Assembly: GCA_964440395.1 (NCBI GenBank)
Contig: CAYTSH010000001.1
Coordinates: forward strand, 1 to 44,844
Length of the DNA: 44,844 nucleotides
From: an uncultured Microbacteriaceae bacterium
Lineage (GTDB): Bacteria; Actinomycetota; Actinomycetes; Actinomycetales; Microbacteriaceae
Reading direction: 5' to 3'
A program made the translations under genes and the position numbers. Shown here piece by piece: positions 25,183 to 33,886 of this stretch (position 1 is its first letter; every line of letters starts with the position of its first letter). The notes beneath the pieces were generated by a model. That model saw only the letters and a list, made by a program, of their open reading frames with translations, made no database searches and was not told the origin of the DNA.

Positions 25183-26670
25183 ATGACCGACCATCTTGTT
25201 CCAGACGATAGTGCGGAACTGCAGGAGCTTGCCGCTGAGGAGGCGCGGACTCGCGCGCTGCGACTTGGCCTCGACGAGTATGATCTTGACGACGCCGATT
25301 TGGGGATGCTGGACGCGGCGTTTGGTGATGCTGACGCTGAGGTGTTTTTGCCTGCGTTGCCGGTGGTGGCGATTGTTGGTCGCCCGAATGTGGGGAAGTC
25401 TGCGCTGGTGAACCGCATTCTTGGCCGCCGTGAGGCTGTTGTGGAGGACGTGCCCGGGGTGACTCGTGACCGTGTGACCTACCAGGCGGAGTGGAACGCT
25501 CGACCGTTTAGCATTGTGGATACTGGCGGCTGGGAACCCGACGCGAAGGGTATTGACGCTTCGGTGGCGTTGCAGGCGGAGGTCGCAATTGATTTGTGTG
25601 ACGTTGTGCTGTTTATTGTGGATTCCAGGGTGGGCGCCACCGCGACCGATGAGCACGTGGTGCGCATGCTGCGCAAAACGAACAAGCCGGTGTTTTTGGT
25701 TGCGAATAAGGTGGACGATGCGCGGCAGGAACCGGAGGTGGCGGCGCTTTGGGGGCTTGGGCTTGGTGAACCGCACCCGGTTTCTGCGCTGCACGGTCGG
25801 GGGGTTGCCGACCTGCTCGATTTGGTGATGGCAAAACTGCCGTTGGAGTCGGCTGTGGCGAAGCGGCAGGTTGGGGGGCCGCGCCGCGTTGCCATTCTTG
25901 GCCGCCCCAATGTGGGCAAGTCGAGTTTGCTGAATAAAGCCGCCGGCGAGGAGCGGGTGGTGGTGAACGATCTGGCTGGCACCACGCGGGACCCGGTGGA
26001 TGAGCAGGTGGAGATTGCCGGTAAAGTGTGGACGTTTGTTGACACCGCCGGTATTCGCCGTCGCGTGCATATGGCGCAGGGTGCCGATTTTTATGCTTCG
26101 CTGCGCACGAGTGCTGCGTTGGAGAAGGCGGAGGTTGCGGTGGTGTTGCTTGACGTGACCCAGCCGGTGAGTGAGCAGGATGTGCGCATCATTGACCTGG
26201 TGTTGGAATCGGGTCGCGCGCTGGTGCTCGCGTTTAACAAGTGGGATCTGCTGGACGATGAACGCCGGCGGTATCTTGAGCGTGAAATTGAAACGGATTT
26301 GGCACACGTGGCTTGGGCGCCGCGGGTGAACATTTCTGCGGCAACTGGCCGTCACCTGGAGAAACTGGTGCCGGCCTTGGAACGGGCGCTTGAGTCGTGG
26401 GATACCCGCATTCCCACCGGCAAGATTAACGCGTTTCTTGCCGAACTCACGCAGGCGCACCCGCACCCGGTTCGTGGCGGCAAACAGCCGAGGATTCTGT
26501 TCGGTACCCAGGCAGCCACCCGCCCGCCAACGTTTGTGCTGTTCACGACCGGGTTCCTGGATCCAGGTTATCGTCGGTTCATTCAGCGTCGCCTGCGCGA
26601 GGTGTACGGTTTTGACGGTTCACCGATTGTGGTGAATATGCGGGTGCGCGAGAAGCGCGAACGCCGCTGA
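25183..26670 (+). CDS. der: Ribosome-biogenesis GTPase Der (EngA), two G domains + KH-like domain
   Basis: Two P-loops ([12 protein letters not shown] and [12 protein letters not shown]), two DTGG/DTAG motifs and two NKVD/NKWD motifs. GAGGAG lies upstream of the ATG. Confidence 0.95.
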   Translation: MTDHLVPDDSAELQELAAEEARTRALRLGLDEYDLDDADLGMLDAAFGDADAEVFLPALPVVAIVGRPNVGKSALVNRILGRREAVVEDVPGVTRDRVTYQAEWNARPFSIVDTGGWEPDAKGIDASVALQAEVAIDLCDVVLFIVDSRVGATATDEHVVRMLRKTNKPVFLVANKVDDARQEPEVAALWGLGLGEPHPVSALHGRGVADLLDLVMAKLPLESAVAKRQVGGPRRVAILGRPNVGKSSLLNKAAGEERVVVNDLAGTTRDPVDEQVEIAGKVWTFVDTAGIRRRVHMAQGADFYASLRTSAALEKAEVAVVLLDVTQPVSEQDVRIIDLVLESGRALVLAFNKWDLLDDERRRYLEREIETDLAHVAWAPRVNISAATGRHLEKLVPALERALESWDTRIPTGKINAFLAELTQAHPHPVRGGKQPRILFGTQAATRPPTFVLFTTGFLDPGYRRFIQRRLREVYGFDGSPIVVNMRVREKRERR

Positions 26671-26697
26671 GCAGCCGGGCTGCGCCCGCCTGCTCAG
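26667..26697. terminator. Two-tier hairpin shared by the convergent der and the 158-aa ORF; both stop codons lie in the stem
   Basis: CTGAGCAG (26667-26674) pairs with CTGCTCAG (26690-26697). The inner pair is CGGGC/GCCCG. The der TGA is at 26668-26670. The minus-strand TGA is at 26694-26696. Confidence 0.5.
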
Positions 26698-27170
26698 CGA
26701 GCTGGAGCGTAGTATGACGGCACTCGTTCAAATTGTTCGGTCTCTTCTGGGGGCTCTGCGGTGCACTGTGCCGGTGGTATGAGGTAAAAGCTGTGCGCAT
26801 CTCGCAGCAGCGATCGTTTGACGCCGATTTGTGGGGGTTGCTTTCGTTTGTATACCCCGTGGCGGATGGCCGCGTCAACCGCTGCGGTCAGTAATCCAGT
26901 TTCGAGGGCGTCTGTAACGCTTACCTGCGGCAGCCAGATATTCTGGTCAAACAGCAGCGAAAGGTGGCTTGGTGAATGAGCGCTCACCGTGACCTGCACA
27001 CCCAGGTTATTGTTTGGGGTGCAATCAAGCGCGCTCTCGTAGTAGGAGAAGTATTCAATACTCGCAACCTGGCCGTGAGCCGCGATGAGTGTGGCCTGAT
27101 ATTCCAGTAACCAGGCTTCCGCTGAAGTAACCTCGGGTGCAGGGTGATCGGCTGGTGCCAGTGTCATCAC
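26694..27170 (-). CDS. Hypothetical protein, 158 aa (acidic, no recognisable motif)
   Basis: The start (GTG at 27170 or ATG at 27167) overlaps the stop of the upstream 114-aa ORF. The frame is open with reasonable residue composition. I saw no TM segment, signal peptide or known motif. Confidence 0.55.
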   Translation of the reverse strand: MMTLAPADHPAPEVTSAEAWLLEYQATLIAAHGQVASIEYFSYYESALDCTPNNNLGVQVTVSAHSPSHLSLLFDQNIWLPQVSVTDALETGLLTAAVDAAIRHGVYKRKQPPQIGVKRSLLRDAHSFYLIPPAQCTAEPPEETEQFERVPSYYAPAR

Positions 27171-27511
27171 TCGATGATTCCTTTCAGATAGCGTTGATTT
27201 GGAAGTTCGAAAGAGATTGGCGGAAACATCCGATTCTCTGAGCCATCATCCTGATCCCCGAGCACCACGTACGAGTCGCAGAGGTATTTTCTCGTGTTGG
27301 TCAACGTCACTTCCCAGCCCCAACCACGCGGCCCCTTGAAACGCAGCACGACGGCCGGATCGTACGTTGAAAAGCCGTAAGGGTAGTAACGAACACTGTA
27401 CGTGTCTGCGTACTCCAGCTCGATACTTTTCGACAGTTCGAGGAGCATGACACGCTTCGTGGCCAACTGTTGGGCGGCACGTTCCTGCTTTCTCCTGCGA
27501 ACGGACCTCAT
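27167..27511 (-). CDS. Hypothetical protein, 114 aa (basic N-terminal helix + aromatic-rich beta region)
   Basis: The ATG is preceded by GAGGAAAGAG at good spacing. The sequence is MRSVRRRKQERAAQQLATKR… followed by YSVRYYPYGFSTYDP and GWGWEV. I recognise no known motif. Confidence 0.6.
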   Translation of the reverse strand: MRSVRRRKQERAAQQLATKRVMLLELSKSIELEYADTYSVRYYPYGFSTYDPAVVLRFKGPRGWGWEVTLTNTRKYLCDSYVVLGDQDDGSENRMFPPISFELPNQRYLKGIIE

Positions 27512-27579
27512 GAGTTCATTCTCTTTCCTCTCAAGCCCGGCAACGGTTGTGCAACACTGCCCGCACCCGCCCCGCGGGG

Positions 27580-28338
27580 TTATCGGGGGCGGCGGAGCGC
27601 CGCCTCGCGTGCGCCGCGCGTAAAAATTGCTGCGGTTTCAAGGGAGAGGGGGCAGGAAGCTTCCCGGGCATCCTGAATGATTGATTGATCGATTGCGAGG
27701 AAATCGAGGGCGGTGTCAATCAAAAATTCGGTGAGCGCCGGGTTTTTGGGCAGCACAGAACCGTGCAGGTAACTGCCGATCACGTTGTGCACTCGGGCAC
27801 CTTCCGTGCCGTCGCTGCCGTTATTCCCCGCACCCTGCGTCACCCGACCGAGCGGCTCCACACCGGTGCCGAGATAGGTGCGCCCGCTGTGATTTTCAAA
27901 CCCGATCAGTTCCCCAAACCCGTTGCTGCGCACCACTGTGTTGCCGATAAGGCGCTCCTCGTGCCCGATCGTGTGCACGTCAAGCAGGCCAATACCCTCA
28001 ATGATATCGCCGGTCACCGTCTCAAACTCGTGCCCAAACAACTGGTACAGGCCGCAAATGAGCAGCATGGGCACGCCGGCCTCGGCCAGGTCACGCAGCT
28101 GGCTGGCTCGAGTCAACAAATCCTGCTGCACCCTGCCCTGGCCGCTGTCCTGCCCGCCGCCGCCGAGCAGCAGGTCTACCCGTTTGGGCAACGGGTCGCC
28201 GGGGTTTACCCGATGAACCACCGGAATAAACCCGCGCCACTGCAGCTGGCGTTGGATGGTGAGCACGTTGCCGTGGTCACCGTAAATGTTCATGTCGCGC
28301 GGGTACAGTTGCACGATGTGAACGTAGCGTGATTCCAC
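27580..28338 (-). CDS. gatD: Lipid II isoglutaminyl synthase, glutamine amidotransferase subunit (CobQ-type GATase)
   Basis: N-terminus: …HIVQLYPRDMNIYGDHGN… Nucleophile context: LLICGLYQLFG. Also GFENHSGRT, and a distal His in IGSYLHGS. The start overlaps the murT stop (TAGTG). Confidence 0.85.
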   Translation of the reverse strand: MESRYVHIVQLYPRDMNIYGDHGNVLTIQRQLQWRGFIPVVHRVNPGDPLPKRVDLLLGGGGQDSGQGRVQQDLLTRASQLRDLAEAGVPMLLICGLYQLFGHEFETVTGDIIEGIGLLDVHTIGHEERLIGNTVVRSNGFGELIGFENHSGRTYLGTGVEPLGRVTQGAGNNGSDGTEGARVHNVIGSYLHGSVLPKNPALTEFLIDTALDFLAIDQSIIQDAREASCPLSLETAAIFTRGAREAALRRPR

Positions 28339-29642
28339 TAGTCAATCACCTCCACACGGGTGAGGCTTGCGAGTTCTTTGCGCAGGGCCAGCATGGCCGT
28401 GTAGGTGCAAAACACGCGTTTGGGCTGGGCCGGGTGCGCCGCGATAAACACGTCGAGGGCATCCTGAATGGTTGGTTCCACGGCGGCAATGGGCACCTCA
28501 TCGTAGTGCAGTCGGAGCGCCATGTCGAACGCCCGCACCCCACTGACCATGCTGACACCGCCCGCCGCGAGTGAACTGAAATCGACGTCCCACAGCCAGC
28601 TCATGTCGCGCCCGTCGGCATAGTTGTCGTTGATTGCAATCATGGTGGCCACGCCCGATGCGTCGAACGATTGCAGCGCCAGCCGGAACCCGCCCGGGTT
28701 TTTCACGAGTACAAGCTCGAACGGCTGTCCCGCAACGGTGAGCTTTTCGCCCCGACCGAAGGCCGGCGCAACCTGGCTGAGCGCCTGCAGCAATCGATCC
28801 GGGATGCCCGCCTCGCCCAACACCGCACGTGCAAGCACGAGGGCTGCCGCGGCGTTGTACACGTTGTACACCCCGTCGAGGCCAAGTTGCACGGTGCGCA
28901 GGTCGCCGTCAATATCAAACGCCGCGGTGTTGCCGTCGAGTTCCAACAGCACCACGTCTGCCGGTTCGTGCCGCGACGCAGTGGGGGCGGCCCCGGGGGT
29001 TTCGTGCAGCTCGTCGTCGTTGATGAACAGTTTGCTCAGCTCGGCTGAGAGGCCGAAAAACTTGACCTGTTCAGGTTTAACCTGGGTGGCGATTGCCGCC
29101 ACTCGGGGATCTTCCCGGTTGAGCACCACGGTTTGGGTGGTGTGTTGCGCAATGGTGCGCAGCAACGCGGCCGTGTTGTCAATTTCACCAAACCGATCAA
29201 GCTGGTCACGCATCACGTTCAGCAGGAGGCAGTGGGTGGGTGGCACGGTGCGCACGAAGTGCACGGCGTGTGCTTCGTCGAGTTCGAGCACCGCAATATC
29301 GGCATTGAGCCGCCCAACCAGGTTGACCTCACCGAGCAGTGCGGAGGCCACGCCGCGGGTGAAGTTGCTGCCCGTGGGGTTGGTGAACACGCGCAGCCCT
29401 TGGGCGCGCAGCAGTTCCACCACCATTTTTGTGGTGGTGGTTTTGCCGTTGGTGCCGCTCACCACAACCACGCCGTGGGGGAGGCGTTCCAGCGTGCGCC
29501 GCATAAAGTTGCGATCGATGCGTTCCACTATGAGCCCGGGCAGTGCGGAGCCGTTCCCGCCACGCAGTCGTGCCGCAAACCGCGCGGTTTTTCCGAGCGT
29601 GGTGAGTGCCACGGTGCGGGCGGTGCGAATGATGGTGCTCAT
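28338..29642 (-). CDS. murT: Lipid II isoglutaminyl synthase, Mur-ligase-like subunit
   Basis: Mur-ligase P-loop: VVVSGTNGKTTTTKMV. A C-terminal DUF1727-like region (…INDNYADGRDMSWLWDVDF…) is present. It is paired with gatD. Confidence 0.88.
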   Translation of the reverse strand: MSTIIRTARTVALTTLGKTARFAARLRGGNGSALPGLIVERIDRNFMRRTLERLPHGVVVVSGTNGKTTTTKMVVELLRAQGLRVFTNPTGSNFTRGVASALLGEVNLVGRLNADIAVLELDEAHAVHFVRTVPPTHCLLLNVMRDQLDRFGEIDNTAALLRTIAQHTTQTVVLNREDPRVAAIATQVKPEQVKFFGLSAELSKLFINDDELHETPGAAPTASRHEPADVVLLELDGNTAAFDIDGDLRTVQLGLDGVYNVYNAAAALVLARAVLGEAGIPDRLLQALSQVAPAFGRGEKLTVAGQPFELVLVKNPGGFRLALQSFDASGVATMIAINDNYADGRDMSWLWDVDFSSLAAGGVSMVSGVRAFDMALRLHYDEVPIAAVEPTIQDALDVFIAAHPAQPKRVFCTYTAMLALRKELASLTRVEVID

Positions 29643-29830
29643 AGATCCTGAACCGTTGTTGTGGGGTTGACTGCAACCAAGTCTAGCGTTCCGACCGGCG
29701 GGAGTGCTCGGATTTTCCGGCCCGAATGTGTCCGGTGTGTGGCCGTGGCGCGTGGGCGGGCTGCTATCTTGGTAGCGCTACCGTGCGCGGTTTTTGCCGC
29801 CCGCGCGCACGAATGAGTAAGGAGTCCCGC

Positions 29831-31402
29831 ATGCCGAATGCCCTGATTGTGAGCGTGGTGCTCGCCGCGGTGCACGCGGTGTTGGTGGTGTGGGCGAGCG
29901 TGAAGCTGTCTACGAATCGCCGACCTTCCTCGGCGATAGCCTGGGTGCTTGCCATCGTGTTTGTGCCGTTCCTGGGGGCGTGTTTGTATTTGCTGATTGG
30001 CCGCGGCAGTGTTTCGCGTCCGCGACGCCAGGTGAGCGCCCGCGTGTTTGCGCAGGGCGCGGCACGCCAGTTGCCAGCGGGGGCGGCGGCCTCACTGGAG
30101 GGATGCCCGGACTGGCTTCCGTCCGCTCTCGCGTTGACGGGGCGGTTGGGTGCCGAGCCCGCGGTCGGGGGGAATCGGGTGCGGTTGCTGCCCGACTACG
30201 CAGAATCGTTGGGGGCGATTGCGGAGGCGATTGATGCGGCGCTGGAGTATGTGCATGTGGAGTTTTATATTTTGGTGCGTGACGACACCACCCGTGTGGT
30301 GTTTGACGCGCTGAGCCGGGCGCGGGCGCGCGGGGTGCCCGTGCGGGTGTTGTCTGATTTCGTGACCGCACTGCAGTTTCCGGGGCGGACAGAGACGCGC
30401 GCGTTGCTTGCCGACATTGGTGCCGAGTATCATGCGATGCTTCCCGTGCAGCCGGCGCGGGGAAACGCGCAGCGACCCGACCTGCGAAACCATCGAAAGT
30501 TGGTGGTGGTTGATGGTCGGGTTGCGTTTGCCGGTTCGCAAAACCTGATCGATGCGAGCTACCTGAAACCGGGCAACATTCGGCGCGGATTGCAGTGGAA
30601 GGAGCTCATGTTGCGGGTTGAGGGGCCGCTCGCAGCGCAGTTGAACACGGTGTTTCTCGCCGACTGGGAGAGCGAGGGTGGGAGCGAGGCGCCCCTGGGG
30701 GAACTGCAGCTTGCCCGCCCGGCGGGTGCGGCATCCACCGGTTTGGGAGCTGGGGAGTCGGGGCTGCGCGAGCTGAGCGACGTGACCGGGGAGTTGGGGC
30801 TGCGCGAGCTGAGCGACGTGACCGGGGAGTCGGGGCTGCGCGAGCTGAGCGACGTGACCGGGCAGGTGGTGGCGAGTGGGCCGTCGTTCGCGAATGACAA
30901 CACGCTGAAACTGTTCACCACCATGATTCACGGCGCCAGGCAACGCGTGTGCATCACGAGCCCATATTTTGTGCCGGACGAGGCGATTTTGTTGGCGATT
31001 ATTTCTGCCGCCGAGCGGGGCGTTGCGGTGGAACTGTTCGTGTCTGAGGTTGGGGATCAGCCGCTGGTGTATCACGCGCAACGGTCGTACTATGAGGCGC
31101 TGCTGCGCGCCGGGGTGCGAATCTGGCTGTACCCCGAACCGACCGTGCTGCACGCCAAACACATGAGCGTTGATGAGGACGCGTGCGTGATTGGGTCGTC
31201 GAACATGGATATTCGCTCGTTTTATCTCAACATGGAGGTCACCGTGCTGCTGGTTGGGGCGCAGAGCGTGCGTGCGCTGCGCACTGTGGAGGATGCGTAC
31301 CGCGCGGTGAGCCGGGAACTGGAGCTTGCAACGTGGTTGGCCCGGCCGCGAGGACAGCAGGTCGCGGATAATCTTGCCCGGCTGACGTCGTCGCTGCAAT
31401 AA
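29831..31402 (+). CDS. cls: Cardiolipin synthase (PLD superfamily, two HKD motifs)
   Basis: AAGGAG sits 7 nt upstream of the ATG at 29831. There are two N-terminal TM helices. HKD1: HRKLVVVDGRVAFAGSQN. HKD2: LHAKHMSVDEDACVIGSSNMD. The ORF-track start at 29726 adds a Cys/Arg-rich, non-coding-looking extension. Confidence 0.9.
   Translation: MPNALIVSVVLAAVHAVLVVWASVKLSTNRRPSSAIAWVLAIVFVPFLGACLYLLIGRGSVSRPRRQVSARVFAQGAARQLPAGAAASLEGCPDWLPSALALTGRLGAEPAVGGNRVRLLPDYAESLGAIAEAIDAALEYVHVEFYILVRDDTTRVVFDALSRARARGVPVRVLSDFVTALQFPGRTETRALLADIGAEYHAMLPVQPARGNAQRPDLRNHRKLVVVDGRVAFAGSQNLIDASYLKPGNIRRGLQWKELMLRVEGPLAAQLNTVFLADWESEGGSEAPLGELQLARPAGAASTGLGAGESGLRELSDVTGELGLRELSDVTGESGLRELSDVTGQVVASGPSFANDNTLKLFTTMIHGARQRVCITSPYFVPDEAILLAIISAAERGVAVELFVSEVGDQPLVYHAQRSYYEALLRAGVRIWLYPEPTVLHAKHMSVDEDACVIGSSNMDIRSFYLNMEVTVLLVGAQSVRALRTVEDAYRAVSRELELATWLARPRGQQVADNLARLTSSLQ
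30752..30859. repeat. 36-nt in-frame tandem repeat x3 inside cls (GESGLRELSDVT)
   Basis: Units are at 30752-30787, 30788-30823 and 30824-30859. They differ only at one codon (TCG/TTG). The array lies between the two HKD domains. Confidence 0.95.
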
Positions 31403-31461
31403 CATAGGATGGGCGGCTGCACGCGTGCAGTGCCGAACTGCCCGGAAAGGACGCCACAAGC

Positions 31462-32154
31462 ATGATCGCGATTTTCGCCCAAATCATGGCGCTGAGCCTG
31501 GGCATTGCGCTCAGCCCCACACCCGTTATGGGAACCATTTTTATGATGGTTGCCCCGGGATCCGGGCGCAACAGCGTGGCGTTTGTGTGCGGCTGGGTGA
31601 GCGGGGTTGCCCTGTCTGTCACGGGTTGTACGCTGCTGGCGAGTGTGTTGCCGCGCCGGGAGGACACGTTGCGTGATTCGTTGAGCGTTGAAACTCCGCT
31701 GATTGGCTGGTTGTTGATCGTGTTCGGGGTGCTCATTGCGATTGTTGCCGCGGTGCAGTTTCGGCGTTCGCGACAGCCGGGTTACCAGACGTCGCAACCA
31801 GCCTGGGTGAAGCTTGCGGACAAACTCACGTTTGTGCACGTGATGCTCATTGGCACGGTGTATGCGGCGTTTCGTCCGAAGAATTTGCTCATTGCGCTTG
31901 CGACCGGTGTAATTATTGGTTCTTCGCAGTTTGGGTTGTTGGCGAGCGTGTTGGCAATTGTGCTGTTCACGGCGCTCGCTTCGTTCACCATCGCGGCGCC
32001 CATCATCGCCTACTATTCCACGAGCCCCCGGGTTGACGGGGTGTTGAAGCGGGTGAGTGACTGGTTGTTGGTGAACGCCACGACGGTCACCAGCATTGCC
32101 ATGTGCATGCTCGCCCTGATGTTGACCGTAAACGGGATCCTCCGTCTCGCATAG
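31462..32154 (+). CDS. Multi-pass membrane protein, GAP/Sap-like (LysE-superfamily-like)
   Basis: 230 aa with about 6 TM helices. The N-terminus …ALSLGIALSPTPVMGTIFMMVAPGSGRNSVAFVCGWVSG… resembles GAP-family (PF11139-type) proteins. This assignment is from memory only. Confidence 0.5.
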   Translation: MIAIFAQIMALSLGIALSPTPVMGTIFMMVAPGSGRNSVAFVCGWVSGVALSVTGCTLLASVLPRREDTLRDSLSVETPLIGWLLIVFGVLIAIVAAVQFRRSRQPGYQTSQPAWVKLADKLTFVHVMLIGTVYAAFRPKNLLIALATGVIIGSSQFGLLASVLAIVLFTALASFTIAAPIIAYYSTSPRVDGVLKRVSDWLLVNATTVTSIAMCMLALMLTVNGILRLA

Positions 32155-32332
32155 CCAACGCAGGCGCCGCGACCTGCCCCCGTTCACTAATCTCCCAGCA
32201 AGTCCACAGCGCACCGCCCGCGCAATCGGCGTACACTCAAAGGCACACCCCGCAACAGCGCCACACCGTTCGCCGTTGCGCAGGTGATGCAACCGTTTCG
32301 TTATGCAGCACAGCACACCCCTGGAGCTCGAG

Positions 32333-33886
32333 ATGAACCAACAGCACCACCCGGCACCGCCACCGCAGCCAGCACTGCGGGTCAGCATCCCCAATCGAAT
32401 CCGCACCGTGCTCGTCACCGGCGCAACCGGGTACATCGGCGGGCGGCTCGTGCCACAACTGCTCAACGCCGGGCTTGCCGTGCGCGTGCTGGTGTGCAAC
32501 CCGGAACGACTTCGCGACGTGCCCTGGGCGGGGCAGGTGGACATTCGTCGCGGCGACCTGCTCGACCCGCACAGCCTGGTGGGGGCACTCGACGGGGTTG
32601 ACGTGCTCTACTACCTGGTGCATTCCATGACCGGCAGCAGTGGCAAACAATTTATGGATGCCGAACTCGCCAGCGCCCGTGCGCTCAGTGCCGAGGCGGC
32701 GCGCGCCCGCGTTCGCGGCATCATCTATCTGGGTGGGCTGCACCCTGACGGCGTGGAACTGTCCCGGCACCTCGCATCCCGGCAGGCGGTGGGTGAAGTG
32801 CTGCACGCTTGTGGGGTGCCGACCGTCACGCTGCAGGCGGGTGTGGTGATCGGGTCGGGTTCAGCCTCGTTCGAAATGATCAGGCACCTCACCGAGGTGC
32901 TGCCCTGGATGCCGGCACCGCGCTGGGTGCGCAACCAGATTCAACCAATTGCCATTCGAGATGTGCTCTACTACCTGTTGAGTGCCCTCGCCCTCCCCGA
33001 GGGCACCAACAGGGCATTCGACGTCGGCGGGCCGGACGTGCTCACCTACGCCGACATGATGAACGGGTACGCCGCGTGTGCGGGGTTACCCGTCCGAAAA
33101 ATCTGGGCGCTGCCGGTGCTCACCCCGGGGCTCGCTTCGCACTGGGTCAACTTGGTCACCCCCATTCCGTATACCCTGGCGAAGCCACTGGTTGGGTCGT
33201 TGCAGCACGACTGTGTGGCCAGCGAGCGGGACATTGACCGGTTCATTCCCCACCCTGAGGGCGGGCTGACGCCGTACCGGGCGGCGGTGAGCTACGCGTT
33301 GCTGAAGCACGCGCACGGCGAGGTGGATACGAGTTGGAAGAACGCTTCGGTCCTCGGCGCCCCCAGCGATCCCTTGCCGAGTGACCCGGCCTGGGCGGGT
33401 TCCCGCGTCTACACCGATTTGCGGGTGCGTGAAACCCCGGCGCCGCCCGCAGCAGTGTGGCAGGTGGTGGAGGGCATCGGCGGCAGGCGCGGGTGGTATT
33501 CGATGCCGTTTGCCTGGTCGGTGCGGGGCATGATGGACACGTTTGTCGGTGGGGTTGGCTTACGGCGCGGTCGGCGCCACCCCGACCGTTTAGAACCCGG
33601 TGAAGCGCTCGACTTTTGGCGCGTGGAGCGGATCGATCGCGGCACGCTCCTGCGGTTGCGCGCCGAAATGAAGGTGCCGGGGTTGGCCTGGCTGGAGTTT
33701 GTGGTGGAACCGTTGGAGAGTGGCGGTACGCGCTATTCGCAACGAGCCGTGTTTTTTCCGCACGGGCTGTGGGGGCGCGCCTACTGGTTTGCAGTGCTCC
33801 CGTTTCATGGCATCATTTTTAACGGTATGGCCACGAACATCACGAATACCGCCCTGCGGCGGTACCGCAGCGAAAGAGGCACATGA
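32333..33886 (+). CDS. NAD(P)-binding SDR/NmrA-like protein with a C-terminal DUF2867-like domain
   Basis: Rossmann motif: VLVTGATGYIGGRLVPQLL. The long C-terminal extension (…WRVERIDRGTLLRLRAEMKVPGLAWLEF…) is typical of DUF2867 fusions. GGAG sits 6 nt upstream of the ATG at 32333. Confidence 0.72.
   Translation: MNQQHHPAPPPQPALRVSIPNRIRTVLVTGATGYIGGRLVPQLLNAGLAVRVLVCNPERLRDVPWAGQVDIRRGDLLDPHSLVGALDGVDVLYYLVHSMTGSSGKQFMDAELASARALSAEAARARVRGIIYLGGLHPDGVELSRHLASRQAVGEVLHACGVPTVTLQAGVVIGSGSASFEMIRHLTEVLPWMPAPRWVRNQIQPIAIRDVLYYLLSALALPEGTNRAFDVGGPDVLTYADMMNGYAACAGLPVRKIWALPVLTPGLASHWVNLVTPIPYTLAKPLVGSLQHDCVASERDIDRFIPHPEGGLTPYRAAVSYALLKHAHGEVDTSWKNASVLGAPSDPLPSDPAWAGSRVYTDLRVRETPAPPAAVWQVVEGIGGRRGWYSMPFAWSVRGMMDTFVGGVGLRRGRRHPDRLEPGEALDFWRVERIDRGTLLRLRAEMKVPGLAWLEFVVEPLESGGTRYSQRAVFFPHGLWGRAYWFAVLPFHGIIFNGMATNITNTALRRYRSERGT

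Noticed and set aside
29771-29782. A perfect 12-bp palindrome, GGTAGCGCTACC, in the murT/cls divergent region.
   Set aside because: It is short, GC-rich and single-copy, so it is likely to occur by chance at this GC content. There is nothing to link it to a regulator. I note it only as a low-priority candidate operator.
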